Origin: Bacillota bacterium | Lineage (GTDB): Bacteria; Macinerneyibacteriota; Macinerneyibacteria; Macinerneyibacteriales; DSCS01 | Direction of reading: 5' to 3' | Assembly: GCA_011048995.1 (NCBI GenBank) | Contig: DSCS01000026.1 | Coordinates: 2,765-66,764 of the forward strand | Length of the DNA stretch: 64,000 nt | Shown here: piece by piece, positions 40,165 to 50,200 of the stretch | Numbering within the stretch: position 1 is the first letter of the stretch | How the letters are laid out: each line of letters begins with the position of its first letter | The notes under the pieces: generated by a model | Databases searched by the model: none | The model's input: only the letters and a program-made list of their open reading frames with translations | Told to the model about the DNA's origin: nothing | Made by a program: the position numbers and the translations under genes

Positions 40165-42075
40165 ATGGGAAAAATCATTGGAATAGACTTAGGAACAACA
40201 AATTCAGCTGTCGCCGTTATGGAAGGCGGCCAACCCAAAATTATTGTCAGCAATGAGGGGAATAGAATCACTCCTTCTGTTGTGGCTTTTAAAAAAGACG
40301 GAGAGCGTCTTATCGGGGAGCTGGCCAAGAGGCAGGCTGTGACAAACCCTGAAAATACAGTGTCTTCCATTAAACGGTTTATGGGTCGGTTCACCGACGA
40401 AGTCAAAGAAGAAAAAGATATGGTCCCTTTCAAAGTCAAAGGGGGATCCGGCAATGTGGTGGCCGTGGAAATCATGGGAAAAGACTATACACCTCCGGAG
40501 ATCTCCGCAATGATCCTCAGGAAGTTAAAAGAGGACGCCGAAAAATATTTAGGACAGGAGGTCAAAGAGGCGGTTATTACCGTTCCGGCTTATTTTAATG
40601 ACAGACAACGTCAGGCGACGAAGGATGCCGGCAAAATCGCCGGATTAGAGGTAAAACGTATCCTTAATGAGCCTACAGCAGCGGCTTTGGCCTATGGATT
40701 GCAAAGCAGTCATGCGCATAAAATCGCCGTCTATGATTTAGGCGGAGGCACATTCGATATCTCTATTTTGGAGTTGGGGGACGGGGTGCTGGAAGTCCTT
40801 TCCACAAACGGAAATACCCATCTGGGCGGAGACAATTTTGACCAGATCCTTCTGGACCATATTGCCGAAGGTTTTCGCAAGGCGGAAGGGATTGACCTGA
40901 GAAAAGATAGAATGGCATTACAGCGTTTAAAAGAAGCAGCAGAAAAGGCCAAAAAAGAACTGTCTACTTCAACAAGCACCAATGTCAATCTGCCGTTTAT
41001 CACAGCGGATGCCGGTGGCCCCAAACATCTGAATATGGATATTACCCGGGCCGAGTTTGAAAAACTGATCTACGATTTAGTTGAGTCGACTTTCGATCCT
41101 TGCAAAAAAGCCTTGTCTGATGCTAAAATGAAAGCTTCGGATGTCGATGAAGTCATTCTTGTGGGAGGGTCGACGAGGGTTCCTTTGGTTCACAAAAAGG
41201 TAAAAGAGTTTTTTGGCAAAGAGCCGAATATGAGCGTTAATCCCGATGAAGCGGTGGCTGTCGGCGCTGCTGTTCAAGCCGGGATCATCTCCGGAGAAGG
41301 GGAATTGAAGGATATGGTCCTTTTGGATGTTACCCCTCTTTCCTTGGGATTGGAGACACTCGGAGGTGTGATGACATCCATTATCCCCCGGAATACGACG
41401 ATTCCGACAAAAAAATCACAGATCTTTACAACAGCTGCAGATAATCAGCCCGGAGTGGAGATCCATATTCTACAGGGAGAGCGTTCCATGGCTGCAGACA
41501 ACATGACCCTGGGACGTTTTGAGCTTACCGGTATTCCCCCGGCTCCCCGCGGCGTCCCGCAGATCGAAGTGACTTTTGATATTGATGCCAACGGAATTCT
41601 TAATGTAAGTGCCAAAGATCTGGCCACAGGCAAGGAACAGAATATCGTTATCAAATCTTCTTCCGGGCTTTCTGAAGATGAAGTGAAGAAAATGGTTGAT
41701 GAGGCTGAAAAGCATGCAGAAGAGGATAAAAAGAAAAAAGAGAAGATCGATATTGTGAATAATGCGAACAGCATGGCCTATAGTGTGGAAAAGTCTCTTC
41801 AAGAATTCGGCGATAAAGTGGGAGAAGAGGAGAAAGCCAAAATCGAAGAAAAGATCAATACGTTGAAAGAGGCTTTAAAGTCAGATGATATGGACCGCAT
41901 CAAGAAAGCTTCAGAAGAGCTTCAGGAAGCTTCCTATAAGTTGGCTGAAGAGGCTTACAAACAGGCTCAGACATCGGAGAAACCTCAAGAGGGGGAAACG
42001 CCCGCTGAAGGGGATGATTCTTCAAGCGAAAAAAAGGATGATGTCCAGGACGCTGATTTTAAAGAAGTTGATTAA
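40165..42075 (+). CDS. dnaK: Chaperone DnaK (Hsp70)
   Basis: [17 protein letters not shown]... Hsp70 signatures. 636 aa. Confidence 0.97.
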   Translation: MGKIIGIDLGTTNSAVAVMEGGQPKIIVSNEGNRITPSVVAFKKDGERLIGELAKRQAVTNPENTVSSIKRFMGRFTDEVKEEKDMVPFKVKGGSGNVVAVEIMGKDYTPPEISAMILRKLKEDAEKYLGQEVKEAVITVPAYFNDRQRQATKDAGKIAGLEVKRILNEPTAAALAYGLQSSHAHKIAVYDLGGGTFDISILELGDGVLEVLSTNGNTHLGGDNFDQILLDHIAEGFRKAEGIDLRKDRMALQRLKEAAEKAKKELSTSTSTNVNLPFITADAGGPKHLNMDITRAEFEKLIYDLVESTFDPCKKALSDAKMKASDVDEVILVGGSTRVPLVHKKVKEFFGKEPNMSVNPDEAVAVGAAVQAGIISGEGELKDMVLLDVTPLSLGLETLGGVMTSIIPRNTTIPTKKSQIFTTAADNQPGVEIHILQGERSMAADNMTLGRFELTGIPPAPRGVPQIEVTFDIDANGILNVSAKDLATGKEQNIVIKSSSGLSEDEVKKMVDEAEKHAEEDKKKKEKIDIVNNANSMAYSVEKSLQEFGDKVGEEEKAKIEEKINTLKEALKSDDMDRIKKASEELQEASYKLAEEAYKQAQTSEKPQEGETPAEGDDSSSEKKDDVQDADFKEVD

Positions 42076-42080
42076 CGCTT

Positions 42081-43148
42081 ATGGCCAAAAAAGATTATTA
42101 TGAGGTCCTGGAAATACCCAGGACCTCCACTCAGGATGAGATAAAAAAAGCATATCGTAAGCTGGCAATGAAATATCATCCCGATAAAAATGCCGGAAAT
42201 AAAGAAGCCGAAGACCGGTTTAAGGAACTTACAGAAGCTTATCAAGTTTTAAGCGATCCGGCCAAGCGACAGCAATATGATCGTTTTGGCCATGCCGGGT
42301 TTGAGCAGGGTGGGATGAATGGGGGGAATTTTGATTTCTCAAATTTCACTGACTTGAATGATATTGTCGGTGACTTATTCGGTGATTTTTTCGGAACTTT
42401 CAGATCCGGTCGAAACCGTAATCCAGGCGTAACACGGGGAAGGGATCTTCAATATCAGTTGACCATTGATTTTATGGAAGCCGTGTCAGGGATAAAAAAG
42501 ACGATCTCATTTCTTAAGCTGGATACCTGTGAGGCCTGCAGAGGACAGGGCACGGCAAAAGGAGACCCTCCCCAAACCTGCCCTGAATGTCATGGTACGG
42601 GACAAGTCAAGGTCAGTCATGGATTTTTCATGATGAGTCGGCCTTGTCCGAAATGCGGTGGAAAAGGGACCATTATTACCGATCCATGCAAGACTTGCCA
42701 TGGCACCGGACAGGTCCGAAAAGAAAAGAAAATCGAAGTCTCCATCCCGGGAGGAGTTGATAACGGTTCTATTTTAAAGCTCCGCGGGGAAGGAGAGGCC
42801 GGTAAATTAGGAGGTCCGCCCGGGGACCTTTTTATCGAAATCAGGGTCAAGCCCCATCCTGTCTTTAAACGTGAAGGGACAGATATCATTGTCGAAGAAG
42901 AGATCTCTTTCGCTGACGCAGTGTTAGGTGCGGTTAAAACAGTCCCCACTCTTACCGGGCATGCCGAATTGAAGATCCCCCCGGGAACTGAAAGCGGGAA
43001 AACATTCCGGATGAAGGGAAAAGGCATTTCCCGCCAGGGAAGCTACACAGCCGGAGATCAATATGTTCATGTCAAAATCAGGGTGCCGAAAAAGGTCAAT
43101 AATAAGACAAAAGAGCTTTTAAACCGCCTGAAAGAGGAAAATATTTGA
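42081..43148 (+). CDS. dnaJ: Chaperone DnaJ (J domain, G/F region, CxxCxGxG zinc fingers)
   Basis: KDYYEVLEI...HPDKN. Four CxxCxG motifs. Confidence 0.95.
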   Translation: MAKKDYYEVLEIPRTSTQDEIKKAYRKLAMKYHPDKNAGNKEAEDRFKELTEAYQVLSDPAKRQQYDRFGHAGFEQGGMNGGNFDFSNFTDLNDIVGDLFGDFFGTFRSGRNRNPGVTRGRDLQYQLTIDFMEAVSGIKKTISFLKLDTCEACRGQGTAKGDPPQTCPECHGTGQVKVSHGFFMMSRPCPKCGGKGTIITDPCKTCHGTGQVRKEKKIEVSIPGGVDNGSILKLRGEGEAGKLGGPPGDLFIEIRVKPHPVFKREGTDIIVEEEISFADAVLGAVKTVPTLTGHAELKIPPGTESGKTFRMKGKGISRQGSYTAGDQYVHVKIRVPKKVNNKTKELLNRLKEENI

Positions 43149-43154
43149 CAAACC

Positions 43155-43182
43155 TTGACGTTTCTTCTTTTTTTGGTATAAT
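43155..43182 (+). promoter_or_regulatory. Strong sigma70-like promoter TTGACG-16-TATAAT upstream of the pilin gene
   Basis: Consensus match 30 nt upstream of the RBS. Confidence 0.5.
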
Positions 43183-43211
43183 AGACTTATGGAAACCTAA
43201 AAGGAGGGTGT

Positions 43212-43610
43212 ATGAATAAAAAGGGATTTACTTTACTCGAACTGATAACAGTGATCGTTATCGTCGGCATTTTGGCCGCTGCAGGCGTGCCGCTTTATTT
43301 GAATTACGTCAAGGATGCCAAAAGAGCTGTTGCCAAAGCGACGATTGATGCCATTCACACCGCTGAGAGAGTGTATAAACAAAAATACAACTCTTTTGTT
43401 GCTTTGGCGAATGTCGGAGCAATCGAATCCACTTTGGATATCGATATTGATCCCGGTGTCGAAACGAACTGGGGTTTTGCCGTAACGACTAGCGGTGCCG
43501 CTCCTGCTGATACTGTGACTATTACAGCTACAGGATTAGCTACCGGTAATGCAAACGGGTTGACTGTCGCTTACGACTCCAGCACAGGAAGCTGGACTGA
43601 GGGTGGCTGA
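43212..43610 (+). CDS. Type IV pilin / pseudopilin-like protein with prepilin-type N-terminal cleavage/methylation signal
   Basis: MNKKG|FTLLELITVIVIVGILAA class III signal. 132 aa. Confidence 0.8.
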   Translation: MNKKGFTLLELITVIVIVGILAAAGVPLYLNYVKDAKRAVAKATIDAIHTAERVYKQKYNSFVALANVGAIESTLDIDIDPGVETNWGFAVTTSGAAPADTVTITATGLATGNANGLTVAYDSSTGSWTEGG

Positions 43611-43622
43611 GAAGTCTTTTTG

Positions 43623-43654
43623 AGGGGCGTTCTCCTGCGCCCCTCTTTTTTTTC
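43623..43654 (+). terminator. Rho-independent terminator after pilin gene
   Basis: GAGGGGCG...CGCCCCTC hairpin plus T8. Confidence 0.8.
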
Positions 43655-43659
43655 TCTTC

Positions 43660-44682
43660 ATGAAAATACTTCATATTATCACATCGTCTAATTTCGGAGG
43701 TGCAGAGCAGTACCTTCTTCATCTTCTCTCCGAACAAAAGAGACAGCATCATGACCTGTATCTCTATCGTCATCCTTTTGGGCGCAGAGATCGGGATGTG
43801 GAAAAATTTGTATGCCGGGACGTGAAGGTAAGTATCAAAAATTCTGTTTCACCTTATCATCTCAGGCAAATCGTTTCACTTATTAAACGGGCGAAGATCG
43901 ATGTGATCCATACCCATCTCTCCAAAGCGTCCGTTTTGGGCGGCATCGCAGGGAAATGCTCCGGAACCCCCGTGATTGCTACTGTACATGGAGTCAATTC
44001 AAGAAAGGATTATCATTTTTCCTCTGCCGTCATCGCTGTTTCAGAAGCTGTGAAAGAGGCTTTGCTGGAAAAGAGGCCGTGGAATAAAAAAATCTATGTC
44101 ATTCATAACGGTATTCCTGATCCTGTTCAATGCAAAAAGACATTTCTGGCAAACGGATCATTAAAAATTCTTTTCGCAGGAAGACTGACCTATGAAAAAG
44201 GAGTGGACCGGCTGCTTACTCTTCTTTCACGGTATCAAATGAAGCCGTGGACGCTGACAATAGCCGGCACAGGGCCCATGGAAAAAGAGTTGAAAGAAAA
44301 ATGTGCAGAACTTGAATTGACTGGAAATGTCTTCTTCACCGGCTTTGTTGATGATATCGGCTCTCTGATGCTTGAGCACGACTGCCTGGTGCTTCCGTCC
44401 CGCAAAGAGGGTTTCGGGTTAGTTCTTATTGAAGCTTTTGCAAGAGGTATTCCGGCCTTGGGGGCGAACACAGGAGGAATAACGGAGATTATCGGCCCAA
44501 ATAGCGGCGGACTTCTTTTTAACCCTGATTCCCCCGAGTCTTTGTACAAGACGCTGGATGAACTATCTCAACGGAACAGGCTTTCGGCCCTGGGGAAAAT
44601 GGCATATCAAACCTATCAGAATAAATTTACACTGGAAAAGATGGGGAAATCTATTGAGGCGGTCTATGAATCATTTCTCTAG
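43660..44682 (+). CDS. Glycosyltransferase family 4 (GT-B, retaining)
   Basis: EGFGLVLIEAFARGIPAL E-x7-E motif region. 340 aa. Confidence 0.8.
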   Translation: MKILHIITSSNFGGAEQYLLHLLSEQKRQHHDLYLYRHPFGRRDRDVEKFVCRDVKVSIKNSVSPYHLRQIVSLIKRAKIDVIHTHLSKASVLGGIAGKCSGTPVIATVHGVNSRKDYHFSSAVIAVSEAVKEALLEKRPWNKKIYVIHNGIPDPVQCKKTFLANGSLKILFAGRLTYEKGVDRLLTLLSRYQMKPWTLTIAGTGPMEKELKEKCAELELTGNVFFTGFVDDIGSLMLEHDCLVLPSRKEGFGLVLIEAFARGIPALGANTGGITEIIGPNSGGLLFNPDSPESLYKTLDELSQRNRLSALGKMAYQTYQNKFTLEKMGKSIEAVYESFL

Positions 44683-45613
44683 GATTCTTGTGATCTCGAT
44701 GAATTATTTCGGGGACATTCTTATGACTCTTCCGCTGTGTACATCTATAAAAAAAGCATGGCCCCATGCCCGTGTGGCGTATTGTATAGGGAATAAAGGG
44801 GCCGGGATCACGGGGCTCACAGAAGGGGTGGACTTTTGGATTTTCCGGGGGAAGAAGGATTCTTTTTTTTCAAAAAACCGTCTGATTCGCGAAATCAGGT
44901 CCTTTGCTCCGGATACGGTTATCCTCATCCGGCAGTCTCCCTACACTGAGGCTTTGGCTACAGCAGCTTCTCCGAAGAGGATTTTAGGCCATTCTGATAT
45001 TTCAGAAGGCATTAAACAGCATGTTACAGAAAAAAGCCTGTCTTTTGCAAAAGTGTTGGGGATACCGCCGATTAAGGAGGTTTTGTTTAAAAAAGAGCTT
45101 TTCGCCGTTGAAGGGGAAGCGATTCCGGTGCTGTTTTTCCCGGGAACTACGCGTCCATCGAAAATGTGGCCCATTGATCATTGGCTCCAGTTAGGCGAAA
45201 GATTATGGAAAGAAAAAGGAATACTCCCTGTATTCGCCGGATCCCGGAGTGATATGCCCTTGTCTAAAAGTTTAAAAAGAGCGAAGTTTCCTTATAAAGA
45301 CCTGATCGGGAAAACATCTTTAAAGGAGCTGACCGCATTGCTGGAAAGAACCGAGGCCGTTGTGACTGTCGACAACGGGGCTATGCATCTGGCAGATTTT
45401 TTACATAAAAAGGTCATTGCTCTTTTCGGCTCAACGGATCCGTTTCTTGTCGGGCCGGTTCATAAAGAAGCCGAAACTATTGGCCCCCGCGGAGAATGTA
45501 TCAAATGCGGTAAAAAAAGATGTATGCGTCGGCGCTTCTATTGCATGGCCCAATTGACTGTTGATGAAGTACAAAATACTCTCTTTCAGGCTCTTGAGAA
45601 CAGGTGTCATTGA
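44666..45613 (+). CDS. Glycosyltransferase family 9 (heptosyltransferase-like). Start at ATG 44666
   Basis: GT9-like C-terminal region (TVDNGAMHLA, LFGSTDP). About 315 aa. Confidence 0.7.
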   Translation: MNHFSRILVISMNYFGDILMTLPLCTSIKKAWPHARVAYCIGNKGAGITGLTEGVDFWIFRGKKDSFFSKNRLIREIRSFAPDTVILIRQSPYTEALATAASPKRILGHSDISEGIKQHVTEKSLSFAKVLGIPPIKEVLFKKELFAVEGEAIPVLFFPGTTRPSKMWPIDHWLQLGERLWKEKGILPVFAGSRSDMPLSKSLKRAKFPYKDLIGKTSLKELTALLERTEAVVTVDNGAMHLADFLHKKVIALFGSTDPFLVGPVHKEAETIGPRGECIKCGKKRCMRRRFYCMAQLTVDEVQNTLFQALENRCH

Positions 45614-46191
45614 TCTTTTCTGTTTTGCAGTGAGTTTCTGACTGTTATGGAGCTGAGAATACTGAGATCTCCTCCGATGGGAAGTCCCGTGGCCAGCCGA
45701 CTGATTTTGACGGGGTAGCTGCGCAGTTGTTCTGTCAGGTAATTGGCTGTTGCCTCTCCTTCAAGAGTCGGATTAGTGGCGATGATGATCTCCTGAACAG
45801 AATCATCAATCCTTTTGAAAAGAGAACTGATATTCAGATCAGGAAGAAATATCCCATCGACAGGGGAGATATGCCCGCCGAGAATGTGATAAAGCCCTTT
45901 GAATATCCCGGTCTGCTCTATGGCTTCAACATCCCGGACTTCTTCGACTACACAGATGGTCGAGGGCTCACGGTGAGGGGAGCGGCAGTATTCGCATAAC
46001 TCATCTTGGGTGAACATCCCGCAGCGGGGGCATTTGGAAATCGATTTCACAGCCATTATGGAAGAGGCAAATTTGTCTAGTTTCTCCGGGGGAAGTTTCA
46101 ATAGATAAAAGGCCATGCGACGGGCGCTTTTTTCTCCGATTCCGGGGAAAATCCTTAAAAATTCAATAAGGTCTTCAAGAGCAGGTATCAT
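45607..46191 (-). CDS. recR: Recombination protein RecR
   Basis: C4 zinc finger (CPRCG...CEYC) plus Toprim. 194 aa. Confidence 0.92.
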   Translation of the reverse strand: MIPALEDLIEFLRIFPGIGEKSARRMAFYLLKLPPEKLDKFASSIMAVKSISKCPRCGMFTQDELCEYCRSPHREPSTICVVEEVRDVEAIEQTGIFKGLYHILGGHISPVDGIFLPDLNISSLFKRIDDSVQEIIIATNPTLEGEATANYLTEQLRSYPVKISRLATGLPIGGDLSILSSITVRNSLQNRKDQ

Positions 46192-46508
46192 ACAAGTCCG
46201 GCGAAAGGCCCGGCGATCTCCTCCATGCGGGACTGAATATGCTCATCCATTTTGGTGTTGGCTTCATTGATTGCAGCAATAATCAGATCCTGAAGCATTT
46301 CTTTGTCTTCCGGGTCGATGACCTCATCGGCGATATCAAGACGGACCAGCTCTTTTCTCCCGTTAACTGTGACTTTGACCATTCCTCCGCCCGATTGGGC
46401 ATCCATGGTCTCGCTTTCCAGTTTCTTTTGTTCCTCCATCATCTGTTGCTGAATTTTTTGAGCCTGTTTCATCATCTGTTTCATATTTCCGCCGTTAAGC
46501 ATCTTCAT
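46188..46508 (-). CDS. ybaB: Nucleoid-associated protein YbaB/EbfC. True start at the internal MKML, since the upstream basic-residue extension in the ORF track is an out-of-frame overlap with dnaX
   Basis: Conserved MMKQAQK.Q..M...Q..L pattern. GGAGG RBS before ATG at 46508. Confidence 0.85.
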   Translation of the reverse strand: MKMLNGGNMKQMMKQAQKIQQQMMEEQKKLESETMDAQSGGGMVKVTVNGRKELVRLDIADEVIDPEDKEMLQDLIIAAINEANTKMDEHIQSRMEEIAGPFAGLV

Positions 46509-48033
46509 TCCTCCTCTGTTCAATGATCTCACCATTGAAGGCGTTTTTAAATTCAAGGATTTGTTCAGGTATTTCTTTTTGAGCCTGTTTTTTCGTTTTC
46601 TTCTCTTTATCCGGATTCTGATCCGGAGCGCCCTTTTTTTTGATCTCCATGAGACGGACGGGAATTCCGCTTTCAACGGCATGAACTGTCTCTATGATCT
46701 GATCTTTTCGGGCCTGAGCCTGTTTGAAATAATAGGGATCTTCCCAGCCTAAAAAGAGTATCCCTTTATTATTGACGGCAAAACGGGCTTTTTCCAGGAT
46801 GGGATAGAGGCTGTTCTCTTCTCCTGCTTTTTCCAAGGCCCTTTCTTTCCAGGAAAAAGAGCCGGATGTTTTGTCTTGAGCCGGCGTATGTGTTTCGGGC
46901 TTTGTCCGGTTTGCTTTTACCGGCACAGAAGCCACGGAAAAGAGTGTCTCGGCGTAAACCATTTTATAGAGAAGAAATTCCATAAAAATGCGTTTTTCGG
47001 AAAGAAAACGGATTTTTCGGGTAGCCTCAGCCAGCAAATCATTCATTAAGACGAGGGTTTCTGAGGGGAAAGAGGGGGAGAGCTCCCGATAAAAGTCTGA
47101 TTGACTTTCATGAAAAAGAAGAGCCGATTCCCTGCTTTCACGGAAAAGCAGCAAGTCCCGGATAAAACGGGAGAGTTTTGATAAAAGAACTTGAAAATCC
47201 GCCCCCTGATTTTCGCATCGCCCGATATGATCCAGTATTTTATTAAAGTCTTTTTGTGCTAAAAGGGTTATGATCTCCTTGGAGAGTATTTCCTCTAAAG
47301 CGCCGGTGAGCATCTCGACATGAGATGCTTTAATGCCTTCATCCGCATAGGCGATCACTTGGTCTAAAAGAGATTGTCCGTCCCGCATGCTACCATCAGC
47401 AGCGTCAGCAAGGATCTCCAGAGCTTCTTCTTCAGCCTCTTTCCCTTCTTTTTCCGTAATGTGTTTGAGCTGAGTCTTGATTTCATCCCGTGTCATTCGT
47501 TTAAATACAAAACGTTGACAGCGGGAGACAATGGTTTCAGGGATTTTTGCCGGCTCTGTTGTGGCGAAGATAAAAATGACATGCGCCGGAGGTTCTTCCA
47601 GTATTTTCAAAAGGGCATTGAAGGCATGTGTTGAAAGCATGTGGACTTCGTCGATGATATAGACCTTGAAACGGGATTGGGAGGGCATATAGGGGACATT
47701 ATCCAGGATTTCGCGAACTTCTTCTACTTTGCGGTTTGAAGCGGCATCGATCTCAATAATATCCAGGCTGGAGCCGGCCGTGATCCCGGCGCAGGAGTCG
47801 CAAACTCCGCAAGGTTGAGGAGTCGGGCCTTTGGCACAGTTTAATGATTTGGCAAAAATCCGTGCAATGGACGTCTTGCCTATGCCTCTGGGGCCGATAA
47901 AAAGATAAGCGTGAGCAATGCGCTCCTGAAGGATGGCATTGGACAATGTCCGGACAATATGTTTCTGCCCGACGACTTCACTGAAATCCTGCGGCCTGTA
48001 TTTTCTGGCAAGAGCTAAATAAGACATGATCAC
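46495..48033 (-). CDS. dnaX: DNA polymerase III subunit gamma/tau
   Basis: AAA+ clamp loader motifs (GPRGIGKTS, zinc module CGVCDSC). 512 aa. Confidence 0.93.
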   Translation of the reverse strand: MIMSYLALARKYRPQDFSEVVGQKHIVRTLSNAILQERIAHAYLFIGPRGIGKTSIARIFAKSLNCAKGPTPQPCGVCDSCAGITAGSSLDIIEIDAASNRKVEEVREILDNVPYMPSQSRFKVYIIDEVHMLSTHAFNALLKILEEPPAHVIFIFATTEPAKIPETIVSRCQRFVFKRMTRDEIKTQLKHITEKEGKEAEEEALEILADAADGSMRDGQSLLDQVIAYADEGIKASHVEMLTGALEEILSKEIITLLAQKDFNKILDHIGRCENQGADFQVLLSKLSRFIRDLLLFRESRESALLFHESQSDFYRELSPSFPSETLVLMNDLLAEATRKIRFLSEKRIFMEFLLYKMVYAETLFSVASVPVKANRTKPETHTPAQDKTSGSFSWKERALEKAGEENSLYPILEKARFAVNNKGILFLGWEDPYYFKQAQARKDQIIETVHAVESGIPVRLMEIKKKGAPDQNPDKEKKTKKQAQKEIPEQILEFKNAFNGEIIEQRRNEDA

Positions 48034-48044
48034 CCCGTTCTTTT

Positions 48045-48152
48045 GGATGCTTTCCGGGCGGTTCTGCGCCTGGCAGAGTCAGTTACCGTTGCTTCCTTTC
48101 GGACCTGGCGGGGTTCACCGGTCTGCCATCGCAGAGGCCCGGGAAAGCATCC
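48045..48152 (-). ncRNA. ffs: Small SRP RNA (4.5S RNA, ffs) immediately upstream of dnaX
   Basis: Minus strand reads GGAUGCUUUCCCGGGC...CCAGGUCCGAAAGGAAGCAAC...GCCCGGAAAGCAUCC. Conserved domain IV motif (GGUCCG-GNRA-AGGAAGCA) with a 15-bp terminal helix closing the molecule. Conserved ffs-dnaX-ybaB-recR synteny. Exact ends +/- a few nt. Confidence 0.8.
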
Positions 48153-48172
48153 AAAACAACAGGCTGAACAAA

Positions 48173-48200
48173 AGTATACCAAAAACTGCTTTGTCGTCAA
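48173..48200 (-). promoter_or_regulatory. Putative ffs promoter (minus strand TTGACG-17-TATACT)
   Basis: Consensus match upstream of the SRP RNA on the minus strand. Confidence 0.4.
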
Positions 48201-48262
48201 TCTCTATTTCCCTGAGGGCTCTTTCATGATAAAATGAGTAAAAGGATCATGGAACAGGAGGG

Positions 48263-48787
48263 ATGATGTCAGGCTATGATGATAAGGAGTTGAAACAAAA
48301 AGCGTTTGATGCCGTGAAAAACGGCCGGGCGTTGCTTTGCAGCACCGCAGGAGATCATGCGCCGGTTAATGCGATGACTATTGGCTGGGGTTTTTGGGGC
48401 ACGGTGTGGAACAAAGATGTTTTTCTGGCTTATGTCCGGCCCGGAAGGCATACATTTCAAAATCTTAAAATATGGCCCCGCTTTTCGGTCAACTTATTTT
48501 TTGATGACAGATATAAAAACTGGTTTCAGGTCTGCGGAAACGAAAGCTTCAGAGACAAGGACAAAATAACGGATCTGGGCATTCCGCTAAAACGGGGACC
48601 TCAAAGTATTCCTTTTATTGAAAAGGCGGATCTTGTCCTTCTATGCCGCATCATTGCAGTTCAGGGACTTGATGCAGGATCTCTTCCGGAAGATGTAGAA
48701 AGCCGGTTTTACAGGGGAGAGGATTATCATCATCTCTTTTACGGTGAAATAATCAGGGTTTCGGGAGGCTCAAGAGATCTCCTTTAA
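48263..48787 (+). CDS. Flavin reductase-like domain protein (FMN-binding split barrel)
   Basis: PVNAMTIGWGFWG motif typical of the flavin reductase/DIM6 family. 174 aa. Confidence 0.55.
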   Translation: MMSGYDDKELKQKAFDAVKNGRALLCSTAGDHAPVNAMTIGWGFWGTVWNKDVFLAYVRPGRHTFQNLKIWPRFSVNLFFDDRYKNWFQVCGNESFRDKDKITDLGIPLKRGPQSIPFIEKADLVLLCRIIAVQGLDAGSLPEDVESRFYRGEDYHHLFYGEIIRVSGGSRDLL

Positions 48788-48865
48788 TGTCAATAAGGAA
48801 ATAACATTTGACACATTTACATTTTCCTTTATAGTTTAGAGAAGATGCAGACGGAAGGAGGGCGT

Positions 48866-49282
48866 ATGTTTAAAGTCTCGACGAAATTGCGTTACGGGTT
48901 AAGATTTCTTGCTGATTTGGCTCTTTACGGTAATGAAGGAGTCATCAGTACAAAGGAAGTGGCCCTTCGACAGCATGTCTCCAATAATTATCTGCGTCAA
49001 CTTGTTATGCAGCTCAGCAAGGAGAAGATCATCGGGAGTGCCCGCGGGAAACATGGCGGGGTTTTTCTCCTCAAGAAACCTGAGGAGATCACTCTTTATG
49101 ATCTCTATGTTCTTTTTGAAGGCAAAGTCCAGGTGGTTGACTGCGTCGATGAGCATTTCACATGCGATTTTGATATCAGCCTCTGTACAACGCGCAACCT
49201 CTGGATAGATTTAAACAGGCATATTGTGGAGTATTTGAAGAAGACGACGTTAAAGACTATTTTGGAGGAAAAAGGTGAATAA
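48866..49282 (+). CDS. Rrf2-family transcriptional regulator with three clustered Cys (possible Fe-S sensor)
   Basis: MFKVSTKLRYGLRFLADLAL wHTH. C-terminal C..C....C. RBS GGAGGG before ATG 48866. Confidence 0.8.
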   Translation: MFKVSTKLRYGLRFLADLALYGNEGVISTKEVALRQHVSNNYLRQLVMQLSKEKIIGSARGKHGGVFLLKKPEEITLYDLYVLFEGKVQVVDCVDEHFTCDFDISLCTTRNLWIDLNRHIVEYLKKTTLKTILEEKGE

Positions 49283-50183
49283 AAAAGCCTTGTCCCGGGA
49301 AATCGAAGAGCTGAAAAAAAAGAAAAAGATCCTGATCGTCGCTCATAATTATCAGCGGCCGGAGGTGCAGGATATTGCTGATATCTTAGGGGATTCCCTG
49401 GAATTAGCCCGTATAGCCGCTGGTGTCCCGGAAGAGAGGATTCTTCTCTGCGGGGTAAAGTTTATGGCCGAAAGCGTAAAGATCATTTCTCCCCGAAAGA
49501 CAGTCCTTACTCCCGAACCTGAAGCCGGATGCCCCATGGCCGACATGATCACAGGAGAAGATGTCCGCCGTTTGAGGAAGGAGTACCCGGACTATCTCTT
49601 TATGGCCTATGTCAATACCAGCGCTGAAGTCAAAGCAGAAGTCGACTTATGCTGTACTTCCTCCAATGCGTTAGCTCTGGTGAAAAAACTCAAAGGGGAA
49701 AAGATCTTTTTTCTTCCGGACAAAAATTTAGGCAGTTGGATCAAAGATCAGACACAGACGGAGATGGAATTATGGCCGGGATTCTGTTACGTCCATAATC
49801 GTATTCAAATGGAAGATCTAGAGAAGGGAAGGCAGGAGCATCCTGAAGCTGTTGCTATGATTCACCCGGAGTCTCCGCTGCAGGTTTTGAAAGCGGCGGA
49901 TGCTGTTTTGTCAACCGGACAGATGATTACTTATGCCCGTACTTCCCCGGCCCGTGAATTTCTGGTGGGGACGGAGGAGGGGATGGTATACCGGCTTCAG
50001 TCTCTTTTTCCGGAGAAACTCTTTTATCCCATGGGCCGCCCCTTTATTTGTGACAATATGAAAAAAATCACTTTAGAAAAAGTCCATAAAGCCTTAACCG
50101 ATGAAGAGACAATAATTCAGATAGACGAATCCGTAATCCAAAAAGCCGCGCAATCCCTAAACAGGATGTTGGAAATGAGCTAA
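49275..50183 (+). CDS. nadA: Quinolinate synthase NadA (GTG start)
   Basis: ILIVAHNYQRPEVQDIAD...three conserved Cys regions. 302 aa. Confidence 0.85.
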   Translation: MNKKALSREIEELKKKKKILIVAHNYQRPEVQDIADILGDSLELARIAAGVPEERILLCGVKFMAESVKIISPRKTVLTPEPEAGCPMADMITGEDVRRLRKEYPDYLFMAYVNTSAEVKAEVDLCCTSSNALALVKKLKGEKIFFLPDKNLGSWIKDQTQTEMELWPGFCYVHNRIQMEDLEKGRQEHPEAVAMIHPESPLQVLKAADAVLSTGQMITYARTSPAREFLVGTEEGMVYRLQSLFPEKLFYPMGRPFICDNMKKITLEKVHKALTDEETIIQIDESVIQKAAQSLNRMLEMS

Positions 50184-50200
50184 GCCGGCTTCAGAATGGT

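Noticed and set aside
46509-46682. N-terminal basic extension (MPLKAEFP...RIRIRIKRRKRKNR) of the ybaB ORF
   Set aside because: Lies inside the dnaX 3' coding region on the same strand in another frame. The internal MKML start has a GGAGG RBS and gives the canonical YbaB length of about 107 aa.
48026-48237. Two overlapping plus-strand ORFs (67 and 64 aa) in the dnaX-upstream intergenic region
   Set aside because: The region encodes the SRP RNA on the minus strand. The ORF translations are low-complexity with no RBS.
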